A DNA stretch of 63,097 nt, filler included, from Octopus bimaculoides (lineage: Eukaryota): the NCBI RefSeq assembly GCF_001194135.2. It is 8 parts of 7 records of this genome, joined end to end, with 100 filler letters (N's around TTAATTAATTAA, not from the genome) between each part and the next. Parts side by side here need not be neighbours in the genome. Positions count along the whole stretch, not along the records: positions 42,333 to 57,325 come from NC_068994.1; positions 57,426 to 59,691 come from NW_026357100.1; positions 59,792 to 61,301 come from NW_026357330.1; positions 61,402 to 63,097 come from NC_069005.1; 4 more parts are not named here. One strand, written 5' to 3'. A model generated the notes under the pieces. That model did not search any database and was not told where the DNA came from. It worked only from the letters and a program-made list of their open reading frames with translations. Numbering within the stretch: the first letter of the stretch is position 1; the number at the start of each line of letters is the position of its first letter. Shown here piece after piece: positions 51,383 to 63,097 of this stretch. The position numbers and the translations under genes are program-made.

Positions 51383-52588
51383 TATATATATATTATATTT
51401 GATCCTTTATATTGAACACTCAATATTTCATCTACATTCAATACTTTATTTCATGGTGCCATCCATTTTTATTTTATATTATATATTGTATATTATATTA
51501 TATATTGTATATTCCATATTCTATACCCCACATTGGTTCTGCAGGAATATAAATAAAACATAAAAAACAGACAGTGTTGGAACTCTTTTAAACAAAATAA
51601 TATATTCCTCTATACACAATCATACAAAAAAAAAACCCTTTTTTTGTATTTATTTTTACTCGCATATATATATATATATGCCTGAGTATACGACGGACTT
51701 CTTTCAGTTTCCGTCTACCAAATCCACTTACAAGACTTTAATCAAGCTGGGGCCATAGCAGAAAACACTTGCCCAAGGTCCTACGCAGTAGGACTGAACT
51801 CGGAATGCTGTGGCTGGGAAACAAACTTACCATACAGCTACGCCTGCGTCTATGCATGTATCAAATACTCTCAATTCTACAGTTTAGTATAAGAGAATTG
51901 ATTAATGTTTCTTTCAGTGTAAATTGAACCCGGATGCCATCTGTTGCGAAGTGAATGTTGTACCCATAGGCACAAGGTTTCGGTAAAATACGAAAAGGTG
52001 TTCAGTATATCTTATCCCTTCATGTTGTTCATGTACGATCTAGGAAAGATAATGTACAGAGTTGATTTTAAGAAGATAAAACTGCGCAACAGCTTAAAGG
52101 CTATGATGGTCTTTTTTTTTTTACTTATTCATTCATTTATTTGTTTATTTTATATACGCTTTGATGTGGTTTAAAAAGTTAGATTAGCAATCGTTAAATT
52201 CTGATAAGAGCTGAGTTTAAGTGAAGAGGCGAAAAAAAAAACCATTGCGTTGATAACAATGTAGTTTGACTTTATCATAGATCTTCTCTATCAGGGCTGT
52301 TCTAGAGCTAAGTAATAGCAACAACAGTACTGACAAATTACGACAGCATCAAAAGCAACAATGGCAACACCGACAAGACAAAAGTGGAAATACGTAATCA
52401 CACATTTGTCGAACGTTCCTGCAATATGTAGTAAGACTCTGGTGTTTTGAACTCCACAGTTCGTACCGTTTGGTATTACTAGAAAGTGCTTGTAAGGATC
52501 TTAAAGCATTTGGGATACTAGTCCTTCTCTTATAATCAACCGAACCTGCTCGTGAAATTAACACACACACACACACACACACACACAC

Positions 52589-52663
<75 letters not shown>

Positions 52664-52667
<4 letters not shown>

Positions 52668-53250
52668 GGGAGAATTCACGAAAAGACAACAGACGAAGAC
52701 AGGTGGTGTAGACAACAAATGGATGTATTAGTATATATACATGTATATATATATATATACATAGGGAGAATTCACGAAATGACAACAGACGAAGACAGGT
52801 GGTGTAGACAACAAATGGATGTATTAGTATATATACATGTATATATATATATATACATGTATATATATATATATACATAGGGAGAATTCACGAAAAGACA
52901 ACAGACGAAGACAGGTAGTGTAGACAACAAATGGATGTATTAGTATATGTACATGTATATATATATATACATAGGGAGAATTCACGAAAAGACAACAGAC
53001 GAAGACAGGTAGTGTAGACAACAAATGGATGTATTAGTATATATACATGTATATATATATATATATACATAGGGAGAATTCACGAAAAGACAACAGACGA
53101 AGACAGGTAGTGTAGACAACAAATGGATGTATTAGTATATATACATGTATATATATATATACATAGGGAGAATTCACGAAAAGACAACAGACGAAGACAG
53201 GTGGTGTAGACAACAAACGGATGTATTAGTATATATACATGTATATATAT
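52664..53250 (+). repeat. Tandem array of six ~95-bp units, each ending in variable (TA)n
   Basis: catagggagaattcacgaaaagacaacagacgaagacaggt(g/a)gtgtagacaacaaatggatgtattagtatatatacatg starts at 52664, 52760, 52876, 52970, 53068 and 53162. Confidence 0.95.
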
Positions 53251-54688
53251 ATGTGTGTATAGAATATATATTAATTTATATAAGAACATACACACAAAAT
53301 AATACATACACACACACGCACATATTGAGAAGGCCTGAATGCATCTGGTATTTTCGCTTTGAGTTGCTGGAACTATTTTAGTCCCCCTCCGATATATATT
53401 GCATTTAGAAACACAGCACATCACGTCCATAAGGGATACTGCAGTAAAAATGTTTTTCATCAACAATTTTAGTTGAAGTATGATACGTAGATGGTTATTT
53501 TAATTTCATACTTTTTCCACTGCATATAACAGATGTTTAGAAGCCGCGTGGCGCTGCACAATACCAGTGAATGCTTTTCACAGTTTCCTCTGTACCAGAG
53601 ACGACAAAACTCATCCAAGTATGAGGTGAGCTTTAAGTACACGCCATTGATAAGTCGCAAAGAGGTTGAAATGCATCTAGAATAACCGCTGATCACCACA
53701 GGAATGATTTTCGTTTCCCTCTGATATATGTTGTATTTTTAGATGCTGTTCGTCCATAAGAGATATCATCTACTGATAAATACTGTAGTAAATTTTCTAT
53801 TCAACGATGTGTTTACACTGAGTATGATACATTACAGCTATTTGAATTAGATACTGTTTCCATTGCGTGCAACAAACATATATACACAAACATACATAAA
53901 TAATACATATACACATACACACACAGAGTGACATTTCATACATGCTATTCCAACTATTGTAGTAATTCAAGCGAATTCAAAGACGTACTCTTCAGTTACA
54001 TAATGACTGTTATTACGATTTATAAATTTTAAAAATGTTATTGTTTATTGTGCATAGAGAATTGATTAGTTCATCTACTTTAATTGCTACACGCTGATAC
54101 TTATCATATTGAATTGGAAGGAAAGTAACACATAGTCAAACCTGGCTGGAATCCATCTGAGACAACTTGTAACAACTGTGTTCCTTTGACTTTCAGTGAA
54201 CATCTCAAAATTACACACTAAGCATTTATGTGTTTACATTTAGCTCAATAATGATACTACACAAATGAAGAAGGCGCCGCTGATATAGAGTAATATATGG
54301 TAAGAGGTTTACAAAATGAATTCAAATGTAAAGTGAACAAAGATTACAGACCGGATTACATCGAAAGTCATGTAAATTTCGGTATCTAAATTAAGTCGGA
54401 CTGACGAAGGAGTTTAACCGTGATCGTTCGATCTGATAGAAATCTAAATCAGTTATTTTGCTGTTTTAAATAAATAAAGGACACTAATAAACAATAACAC
54501 CAAGGTGAAATATTTTTTATAACGGAATAAATGTACATGAAACCATTACATGTGTATTCTTAAACCATGTCAAATTGTAAATCTTGGAATGCACTCACAC
54601 ACATACACACACACATATACATACATACATGTATGCGTATGCATATGTCTGTGTGTATGTATGTATGTGTATGCATGTGTGTGTACGA

Positions 54689-54740
<52 letters not shown>

Positions 54741-55692
54741 NNNNNNNNNNNNNNNNNNNNNNNNNNNNNNNNNNNNNNNNNNNNNNNNNNNNNNNNNNNN
54801 NNNNNNNNNNNNNNNNNNNNNNNNNNNNNNNNNNNNNNNNNNNNNNNNNNNNNNNNNNNNNNNNNNNNNNNNNNNNNNNNNNNNNNNNNNNNNNNNNNNN
54901 NNNNNNNNNNNNNNNNNNNNNNNNNNNNNNNNNNNNNNNNNNNNNNNNNNNNNNTATAGGGTAAAGTATTATTAATTTAATAATTAATAATTTTACCAAG
55001 TAGTTCGGTATGGGACGAAAAAAAAAATTTCGGTAAAAATTGTTTTTATAATTATAAACATAATTAAGGGATCAGCAAAAGTTGCTTCATCATATACCAA
55101 AATTTAGAAATAGCAGTGAATCTACTAATTCTTCTACTACAATATATCTCCACAGACAGTTTTGGCTTTAAAAAATCATTATAGCCACATGTTTATATCA
55201 TTTGTTACTACGTACGTTTTGTTGGTGTGACTGTTTGGGAGCGCAGCATAAGTCGTTCCAAATGAAATTGGAAGCTTAAGCACAACGGATCATCAGGGAA
55301 ATAATTTATTGCATAAATATCCAATTGTACTTAGATACTTACGCTGCCTTTCCAAACCAACACAACGGTAAAATGTACGTAAGGAACAAATGATACAAAC
55401 TTATGCTTCTCGTAATTTCTCCTATATTTTCTCTGTATATCATAACTTGTAATACTTTAAGTGTAGCAGTAACCTATACTGGAAGCTGACAGTATGGGGA
55501 AATCTGAGAGGAGCCCTGAAATCAACAGTAGCAGTCGTACAAGCAGTCGTACAAACAGTCGTTCATCTAATAGTACACACAATACATAGAATAAAGAAAA
55601 TGCCCACCAAAATTAAATGAATACTTTTGTATACATATACCGAGAAGAAAACGTGCGGAACAGGCGTTATTTTGCCGAGGATTATCTTGTAA

Positions 55693-55793
55693 TCACCTGA
55701 AGAGTCACATCAACACGAACAGATAATCCTCAATTGGTTAAGTATCCCACCCGTGCGGAATCAATGCCGAATGGGTCGAAACAATTGTGGTGA
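55693..55793 (+). ncRNA. Degenerate type I hammerhead ribozyme fold with long stem II and palindromic stem III
   Basis: TCAC-CTGAAGA-GTCACAT...ATGGGTC-GAAA-CAATTG-T-G-GTGA. Stem I TCAC/GTGA is perfect, both core boxes are intact, and stem III is the palindrome ACAATTGT. The cleavage-site base is G, which is non-canonical. Confidence 0.5.
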
Positions 55794-55919
55794 GTAACAA
55801 GCATTCTCGTATCTTCCATCTTCCGTCTCTCTCATTGATTAAACGCCCAACGAACGCTGTGAAAGTGACTGTGCTTTACTGGTAAGCTACCAGGTGTATA
55901 CCATGCGATTTAGTAGCTA

Positions 55920-55959
<40 letters not shown>

Positions 55960-56531
55960 GTGNNNNNNNNNNTATGTATGTATGTATATGTATATATATA
56001 TATATGTATGTATATATATATGCATGTATGTATGTGTGTGTGTGTGTAAGTATGTATATATGTATTATGTATGTATGCATAAACAGGTATGTATCGCTAA
56101 TTTTGTGTCTAATAATATTTCAAAGTTCTGAAAGTATATTTAATTGTCTGCTTAGAATTCTTTCTTGAACTGTTTCGCGGCCATTTCTCTATAAACAGTA
56201 TCATCTCACTTAACGTTAGATGAAACAGTGAACTTCCGCGAATCTCTGGCTCCTATCCTTACATCAAAGGCAATTGTGATTTTGATTTTAATCTGTATTC
56301 TATCGTTAATGAAAAAGAACAATTTCTGGTGTGCATTTTATATGGATGTTTATATAAGTTATAGCAGAGAGGGATCATGTGAAGTCTAAGAAAAAAAATC
56401 AATGGTCTATTACTATTGCGGCCTCTAGTGATGGAAGCTTAATGGCGGAGTCACCGAAGTTGGTAAATATATATTCTTATTTATCTGGAGTATGTGGAAA
56501 CCTAACTATAACTGACATTTGTAATTACAAA

Positions 56532-56581
<50 letters not shown>

Positions 56582-57287
56582 TATTATTATTATCATTATT
56601 ACCATTATTAAAACATGTTTATAATCCCGTAAACAATCGTGGATAATTTTTTTTAATATATAATAATGATGATGAATTGTTGGTGAATATTAAAATAGGG
56701 TCCTATTTTAGAATCTCATCCTTTTCATTCAGACATCAATATTTCTTTTTCACTGAAAACATCATGAATTTTATATATTAATATTTTATAAGTTTAAAGA
56801 GCATTTTTAAACGAAAACAAAATGTATGTCACCGTTTAAAAAAAATTAGCATGTAAGAAATAAACGTAAATAGATATTATACAATACAATTTAAGCACAG
56901 CCTCTAAAATTTACAAATAAATATGTCTGCGTTAGTATTCATGAATGCATTAGGATAGAGTTAGGATACATAAATATATTTCTTATTGAAAAATTAAGTG
57001 GCTTTTGTTAGGAATAGTCTTGTATATAGTTATGTTTATAAATTGATATAGTAATAATTATTGTCTTACAGGAACAGGATCTAACATTAACGTATTATCT
57101 GGGTAATAATGTAATATAAATGTGGACCATTATGACTATATTCCGCTCTTTTTGCAATTATTTACTGTTTGCTAAATAGGCTGTTTCCCTTTACAAACAC
57201 ACACACACACTCACACACACACAGATATACGTATTTGTCGGTGTATAGTTACACACACACGCACGCACACACACACACACACATACA

Positions 57288-57325
<38 letters not shown>

Positions 57326-57999
57326 NNNNNNNNNNNNNNNNNNNNNNNNNNNNNNNNNNNNNNNNNNNNTTAATTAATTAANNNNNNNNNNNNNNNNNNN
57401 NNNNNNNNNNNNNNNNNNNNNNNNNGAGAGAGAGTTTGTGTGTTAGTGTAAATTGTTGAAGATATAAAGAGAGTTGATTTGCAGCAATAATATTGCATCA
57501 CCTCTTTTGTTATCAGTTCTGTTTGTAAACCAGGATGTGTTGTGTGTATTGAAGACTCCACCAAAGGTGGCGTTTGTGAAAATGTCAAAGGGCTGTAGTT
57601 GGGGGTGTTTAAGCTTACGGAATGGTTAAAAGAATGGCAGAGGGGGTACATATGTTTATTATATTGGTTTCAATTTTCAGTACAAGGCCAGTAAGTTTGG
57701 GAGAGGGGGTTAAGAAGATTACATCAACCCCAGTGCATAACTGGTACCCGTTTTACTGACCCTGGAAGGATGAAAGTCAAAGTCAACCTTAGTAGAATAA
57801 TAACAAAAACTTTTTCCAACTCCCTGTTTGGATATATGCATATATGTGTATATATATGTATAGCAGCTAAATCTCCCTCAAATAACACCCTACTGTCTTT
57901 TGAATGAACGAATCAAGGAAACAGCTACATGGTAGTAAGACCCTGTAGAAACAGCAGCCAAATCTCACACAAATCACACAATACTGTCATATATGTATA

Positions 58000-58062
<63 letters not shown>

Positions 58063-58419
58063 TATATTATTTTATAGATATTGTTATTAATTAACAATAC
58101 TCGTAGACAGGCTAGAATCGAAGTGCTCAAGTTGAGCTAAGTTCCAATTTATAATTTGAGTAGAGGCAATACAAGCGGAAAACTAGAGGGACATGATATA
58201 TTATCCAGCAGAATATTCAATATATATGCACACTTACTTCGACATTAATTAAGCAACATAAAGCTCAACTTAATAGAAGTATTAATAAGATACAAGCATA
58301 TATACACATACATATTTTTATAAGCCTGCAAATATCTAAAAATATTTTAAAACATTTATAAATACATAGGCATTTTAAAATAGAAGACATTGATTTGAAA
58401 TAGGATATAGTAAATTATA

Positions 58420-58468
<49 letters not shown>

Positions 58469-58933
58469 NNNNNNNNNNNNNNNNNNNNNNNNNNNNNNNN
58501 NNNNNNNNNNNNNNNNNNNNNNNNNNNNNNNNNNNNNNNNNNNNNNNNNNNNNNNNNNNNNNNNNNNNNNNNNNNNNNNNNNNNNNNNNNNNNNNNNNNN
58601 NNNNNNNNNNNNNNNNNNNNNNNNNNNNNNNNNNNNNNNNNNNNNNNNNNNNNNNNNNNNNNNNNNNNNNNNNNNNNNNNNNNNNNNNNNNNNNNNNNNN
58701 NNNNNNNNNNNNNNNNNNNNNNNNNNNNNNNNNNNNNNNNNNNNNNNNNNNNNNNNNNNNNNNNNNNNNNNNNNNNNNNNNNNNNNNNNNNNNNNNNNNN
58801 NNNNNNNNNNNNNNNNNNNNNNNNNNNNNNNNNNNNNNNNNNNNNNNNNNNNNNNNNNNNNNNNNNNNNNNNNNNNNNNNNNNNNNNNNNNNNNNNNNNN
58901 NNNNNNNNNNNNNNNNNNNNNNNNNNNNNNNNN

Positions 58934-59691
58934 GGGTTAATAGAAAAGAAATCAAAAAACAGTATCCAATGGAAGGGTGCCGGACCAGGATGTAATTCAA
59001 GAGAAATATCAGATCGCCTTGTTAATTTGAAAAAAGAGATTGAATCTCTAGAAGAAAAAGAAAAACAATTGGACAAACACAAAAGTTGGGTCCAACAGAG
59101 TATTAAAAATGTCATAGAGGAAGTTTCTAATAGTCAGTTGGCATATGTTAGTTATGAAGATATTTGTAAAGTGTTCCCTGATTGCACGTTGTTATCCATA
59201 CAAGCACCTTCAGGGACGAAATTGAGAATTCCAGATCAAAAAGGTAATTACCAAATCTATTTGAAAAGTAACTCTGGTCCTATTGATGTAATGTTGGTGA
59301 ACAAAGACAATGAAGCTTCAGCGCCTGAAGTCGATCAGTTGCCTCCTTTCCAAGACGACACAAAGAAAATGGAAATTCTACAGACCTCAGTAAAACAAAT
59401 CCAGAATCCTTCAGTTCTGGATACAAAATGTGTTCTGAAGACACCGCAGAAACTGAAAAAAAAATCTCCTGTGAAATCACCTCTATCTCCTGCCAATCGA
59501 ATGGCCACAAGATCATCTCCTCGGAAAGCTGCTCAAAGTCATAATCCAGTACAGATATCACCCCTTGTTTCAGAAAGTCTTCCAATCTTCCTTGGTGGTT
59601 CTAAATCAACATTTGATGTGGATGATGAATTTGATGACCTCATATCAACAGAAGGCTTGGAACCCCTATTGCGTCTGAGTCCTCCACCCAG
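58934..59691 (+). CDS. E2F4/5: E2F4/5-like transcription factor, partial (gaps at both ends), no intron in the visible span
   Basis: Open frame from the first base after the gap: GLIEKKSKNSIQWKGAGPGCNSREISDRL (end of the DNA-binding domain), coiled coil WVQQSIKNV, marked box AYVSYEDIC...TLLSIQAPSGT...YQIYLKSNSGPIDVMLVNK, then EPLLRLSPPP (start of the pocket-protein-binding region). 252 codons with no stop. Confidence 0.92.
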
Positions 59692-60764
59692 NNNNNNNNN
59701 NNNNNNNNNNNNNNNNNNNNNNNNNNNNNNNNNNNTTAATTAATTAANNNNNNNNNNNNNNNNNNNNNNNNNNNNNNNNNNNNNNNNNNNNTATATATAT
59801 ATATGAATATATACATATATACATACATATATAAACGCATGGATGAACGTTCTTGCATGAATGCATAAATTTATGCATATCTTCACACATACATGCATAC
59901 ATAGATATATACATATGTACATACATAAGCACATACATACAAGCGAACAAACATTTGTGTGTACATACACAAATGCGCGCGCGCGCGCACACACGCACAC
60001 ATACCTGCTTCCAATGATGGATAACAAAACTAGAAAACAATAGCAGTCTACGCAGTACAATCGGACATTCAGATAAAAGTGAATGGCGACTTTACTGCAC
60101 ATATTTTAGGAAACAAAATGGCCACCTATTTTCTTGGGTCGACTTGGTCAGCTGGGGCGAGGTAGGCAAAGAAAATGACTATCTAATGCACACTTTGTAA
60201 GATCAATATATAAACGGAATGTACGGCGGGGAGCTAGCAGAATCGTTAAGTACGCCGGGGAAAATGCTTAGCGGTATTTCGTCCGTTTTTACGTTTTAAG
60301 TTACCAACAAAAGAAAAGAAAACGAAAACAATTTATTTATGTAAACTTTATTTCATTATAAATGAGCTATTTCGATATTTTAAAATGGTTCAACCATTTC
60401 ATAAAACCACTGAAAACTTTTATACAGTCAAGTTAACGTTTAGACCCAGGTCAACCCCGATTGAGTGAGTGGACCTGCGATCAAATGTATTTCAACCGTG
60501 ACCATCTCGTCTTATCTGTCTTTTTCCTATGTGTAGGAAATCCAGGATTACATTATCAATCAAATGTATCTTTTTTCTAAGAGAGGAAGATGTGATTTGA
60601 GGGAGATTTGACTGTCATTCCTAACAAGATATCGGTCACCACATAAAGACTCTAACGCTGGATTTGTAATGAAACCGATAAAATCCCGTTTCCTCACAAA
60701 TACTTGCAACTCTGCTGCCACCATTACCAAACGATATTACATCGTACTTAATATTTGACCTGAC

Positions 60765-60971
60765 TTAAAGCTGAGTCATGCTTGAAATGGAGTAAAACGG
60801 AGTGTATTGCTGATAGGATAGCAAACCATAGCAGTTGCATGGCGGTTGACTTGACGGTTGTAAATATTTTAATAAATTATCAGCGGGAAACAAATCTTTC
60901 GCCATATCCATAGTTTCTCGGCATTTGTCACGCTTAGATTTGGTCCTTCGGTTTTGAAACCATACTTTCAC
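60765..60971 (-). CDS. Terminal exon of a homeobox gene (helix 3 plus C-terminal tail), Emx/Vax-like
   Basis: Acceptor ...aattacag|GTG at 60972/60971 gives VKVWFQNRRTKSKRDKCRE...SSMTQL*. The phase-0 intron just before VKVWFQNRR is a classic homeobox intron position. Possible AATAAA signals on the minus strand at ~60332 and ~60347. Confidence 0.88.
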   Translation of the reverse strand: MKVWFQNRRTKSKRDKCRETMDMAKDLFPADNLLKYLQPSSQPPCNCYGLLSYQQYTPFYSISSMTQL

Positions 60972-61401
60972 CTGTAATTAAAAATATAATTTTTTTTCTT
61001 TAAGTTGATACTCATAACTAAATTAAAAAAAAAAAATACTAAACCAAAGAAAAAATATGAAAGAAATAAGAAACAAGTTTAAAAAACACAAAAAAGAAAT
61101 ATCTGAATCGGTGACTTGACTAGCAAGTAACTTTGTCTGATAGCAAATTGCTGTGCGATTAAGTCAGTGACCTGGCAGGTCAATTGTAAAGACTCTATTC
61201 AGATGAAGCCATTAGTATTCTTGTTAACACACAAATAAAGGATATTTATCCTCCAGTGCAGTGTTGAGCACTCAATGTCACTGCTCCATATTAATGTGTA
61301 CNNNNNNNNNNNNNNNNNNNNNNNNNNNNNNNNNNNNNNNNNNNNTTAATTAATTAANNNNNNNNNNNNNNNNNNNNNNNNNNNNNNNNNNNNNNNNNNN
61401 N

Positions 61402-62270
61402 ATGGTATGACAGCCCCAAATACCAGGGCATATTCGTCAGCCCCTGGAGGCGAATTAGTGTATTAATTTTAGAAAAGCTTGAGATAAACTGAATCTACGA
61501 ATTAGAGTAGTAGAAAGGCCAGAAGCTCCCATAAAATCATCCCTCATCTGTAGAACATACCACTTTGAAAAAGTCCCTGTACTGATAGGAACTTATAGTG
61601 TGTCGAGGAAGCCTACAGATAGTCTGAAAAATTAGGAATGCAGTCTATAGAAGAATGTGTACAGTGACATGACAACTACATATATTGAAGAAACAGCTCG
61701 TAGCATAGGAGAGAGAATAAGAACATTGGCGAGAACTCGAAGAGGGAAAAGCTCGTCAGTGCTATACCAGAATGCCAAACTAGGACAGGGGAGCTTGACA
61801 GATAATATCAAAGTTAAGATCTTATCCACACATAGAACTGACACAACACTTGGACAGATTGCGGAGACCACGAACATAATAGAAAGTACATCAACAAAAA
61901 CGTGAATGGAATAGTAACACTACCACCCCACAGCTTAACGACTGAGAACAGAATAGGAAACGGAAAGAAGAATAAAAGGAGGGGAGACACAGATACAAGT
62001 AGTGCAATGTATAAACCCATAAAGACACCCACAAGACACACATACACATGCCAAACACTTAGGCACAAACGCAGACACAAACGCAGACACAGATACGTAC
62101 CACAGAAAGACAAGATGGAGTAAAGAGGATAAGGCTAGAAAAAAGGGGAGGAGACACAGAGAAGAACAAGTAGTCGTTGAAGAGGTGACAGATTGCGCGA
62201 CGAAAGAAGTCTGACAGATAAACATTAACTAGTAGTAATGAAGATCAAATAAATGGTGCGTGTGTTTGCT
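61402..62270 (+). mobile_element. Decayed Penelope-like element: RT-EN linker, GIY-YIG endonuclease and 3' pseudo-LTR
   Basis: KLNLRIRVVERPEAPIKSSLI, then NAVYRRMC, a frameshift, and TTYIEETARSIGERI, which fits the VY-x-I-x-C...YIGET-x-R-x4-RI pattern of GIY-YIG domains. Confidence 0.75.
62173..62215 (+). ncRNA. Degenerate type I hammerhead fold, homologous to 27475-27516
   Basis: GTCG-TTGAAGA-GGTGACAGATTGCGCGAC-GAAA-GAAGTC-TGAC. GAAA and a GTC cleavage triplet are present and stem I pairs GTCG/TGAC. The first core C is mutated and stem II is damaged. Confidence 0.45.
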
Positions 62271-62992
62271 GGCAAAATAACCAACCCGAGATATAACAAT
62301 ATCTGTTTCAACACATGATTTCACATCAAGAATCTTGCAAAATAAATGCATAAATTTTAAAAACGATTATTTGCATTTGAATATCAGTGGAAAAATAGAA
62401 CTTAATTAAACTTATTTAAAAGATATTATTTCCTTTTTTGTATATAATTTTCACTGCTATATTTCTCCTTATATTTTTGTCAGTGTCCTTCTGATCATCA
62501 TATCTGGATGTAGCAAGGGTAACAACGCAATAGGCAAGGAAGACGTCAAAAGGCTATTGTAAAGATCTACGTAACTACGTCAAAGGCATCATCAAGCTGG
62601 CCACATCTGACGGTGGTGTGAAGCACATCTCGGACATATTCCATATGAGGAGACTTGTTAGTGTGCTCAAAATGTTTCTTGACAATATGAACGTGATCAG
62701 TTCCATTTTACCTTATATTTACTGTATTGCACTCTGACAAGCATCATTCAATTCATCCATAACTGTTTTACTGGCATTTCCCTCCTTTCTCTCGGGTCTT
62801 TCATTGGAATTTTTATATAATTTTCTTTTTGATCGTAATTTTTGAGACAAAATAAATGTTTTTAATTTTATATTTTATTTTTAGATTTTTTTTTTCTCAA
62901 TAACAATATAGTTTTTGCCTGTAAAAAGCGTTGCCTGTAAAAAGCGTAGATTAGCAGGAAAACGTGCGAGCAGAAATGGTAACATTCTTGTT

Positions 62993-63033
62993 GGGTCAAG
63001 GGTCAAGGGTCAAGGGTCAAGGGTCAAGGGTCA
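62993..63033 (+). repeat. (GGGTCAA)n heptamer repeat, ~6 copies
   Basis: Visible directly. Confidence 0.95.
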
Positions 63034-63097
63034 GGAATTAATACAAGTGTAAATGAATAGGGGCTGAAGGCATTTAAGCCCCTGAGCAACGCAAACG

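Noticed and set aside
52664-53250. CRISPR-like appearance (constant repeat plus spacers)
   Set aside because: The spacers are only (TA)n, the repeat is ~75 bp, there are no cas genes, and the context is eukaryotic.
54400-54450. CTGACGA...GAAA hammerhead candidate
   Set aside because: No convincing stem I, II or III pairing could be built.
56365-56462. Possible exon ERDHVKSKKKNQWSITIAASSDGSL with faint cadherin-like look
   Set aside because: Similarity is limited to a few residues and no other cadherin motifs are present.

Overview
AT-rich, repeat-dense draft animal genome sequence. The SINE families and microsatellite load suggest a cephalopod such as Octopus; this is pattern recognition, not a database result. 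The window is not one continuous piece: seven identical 100-nt linkers (44 N + TTAATTAATTAA + 44 N) join eight pieces, so adjacency across them is unproven. Three host coding pieces are well supported. (1) The terminal exon of an axonemal inner-arm dynein heavy chain (DNAH2/1-beta type, 25337-25491, +), missed by the ORF track. (2) An uninterrupted 758-nt E2F4/5-like reading frame cut by gaps at both ends (58934-59691, +). (3) A terminal homeobox exon (helix 3 VKVWFQNRRTK, Emx/Vax-like, 60765-60971, -). The largest structure is a ~14-kb CpG-rich (ACGA/ACGT)-derived satellite (11195-24981) with higher-order units punctuated by (AT)n tracts, orientation flips and a GC-rich patch. It lies just upstream of the dynein terminal exon in the same piece and so may fill the last intron, as satellites do in the Drosophila Y-linked dynein genes. 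The remainder is transposon debris: L1/Tx1-like LINEs, an R4/Dong-like 3' end in a TAA repeat, mariner, hAT and piggyBac MITEs, Penelope-like remnants with degenerate hammerhead ribozyme folds, and many SINEs. Most ORF-track entries are artefacts of microsatellites, the satellite or N runs.
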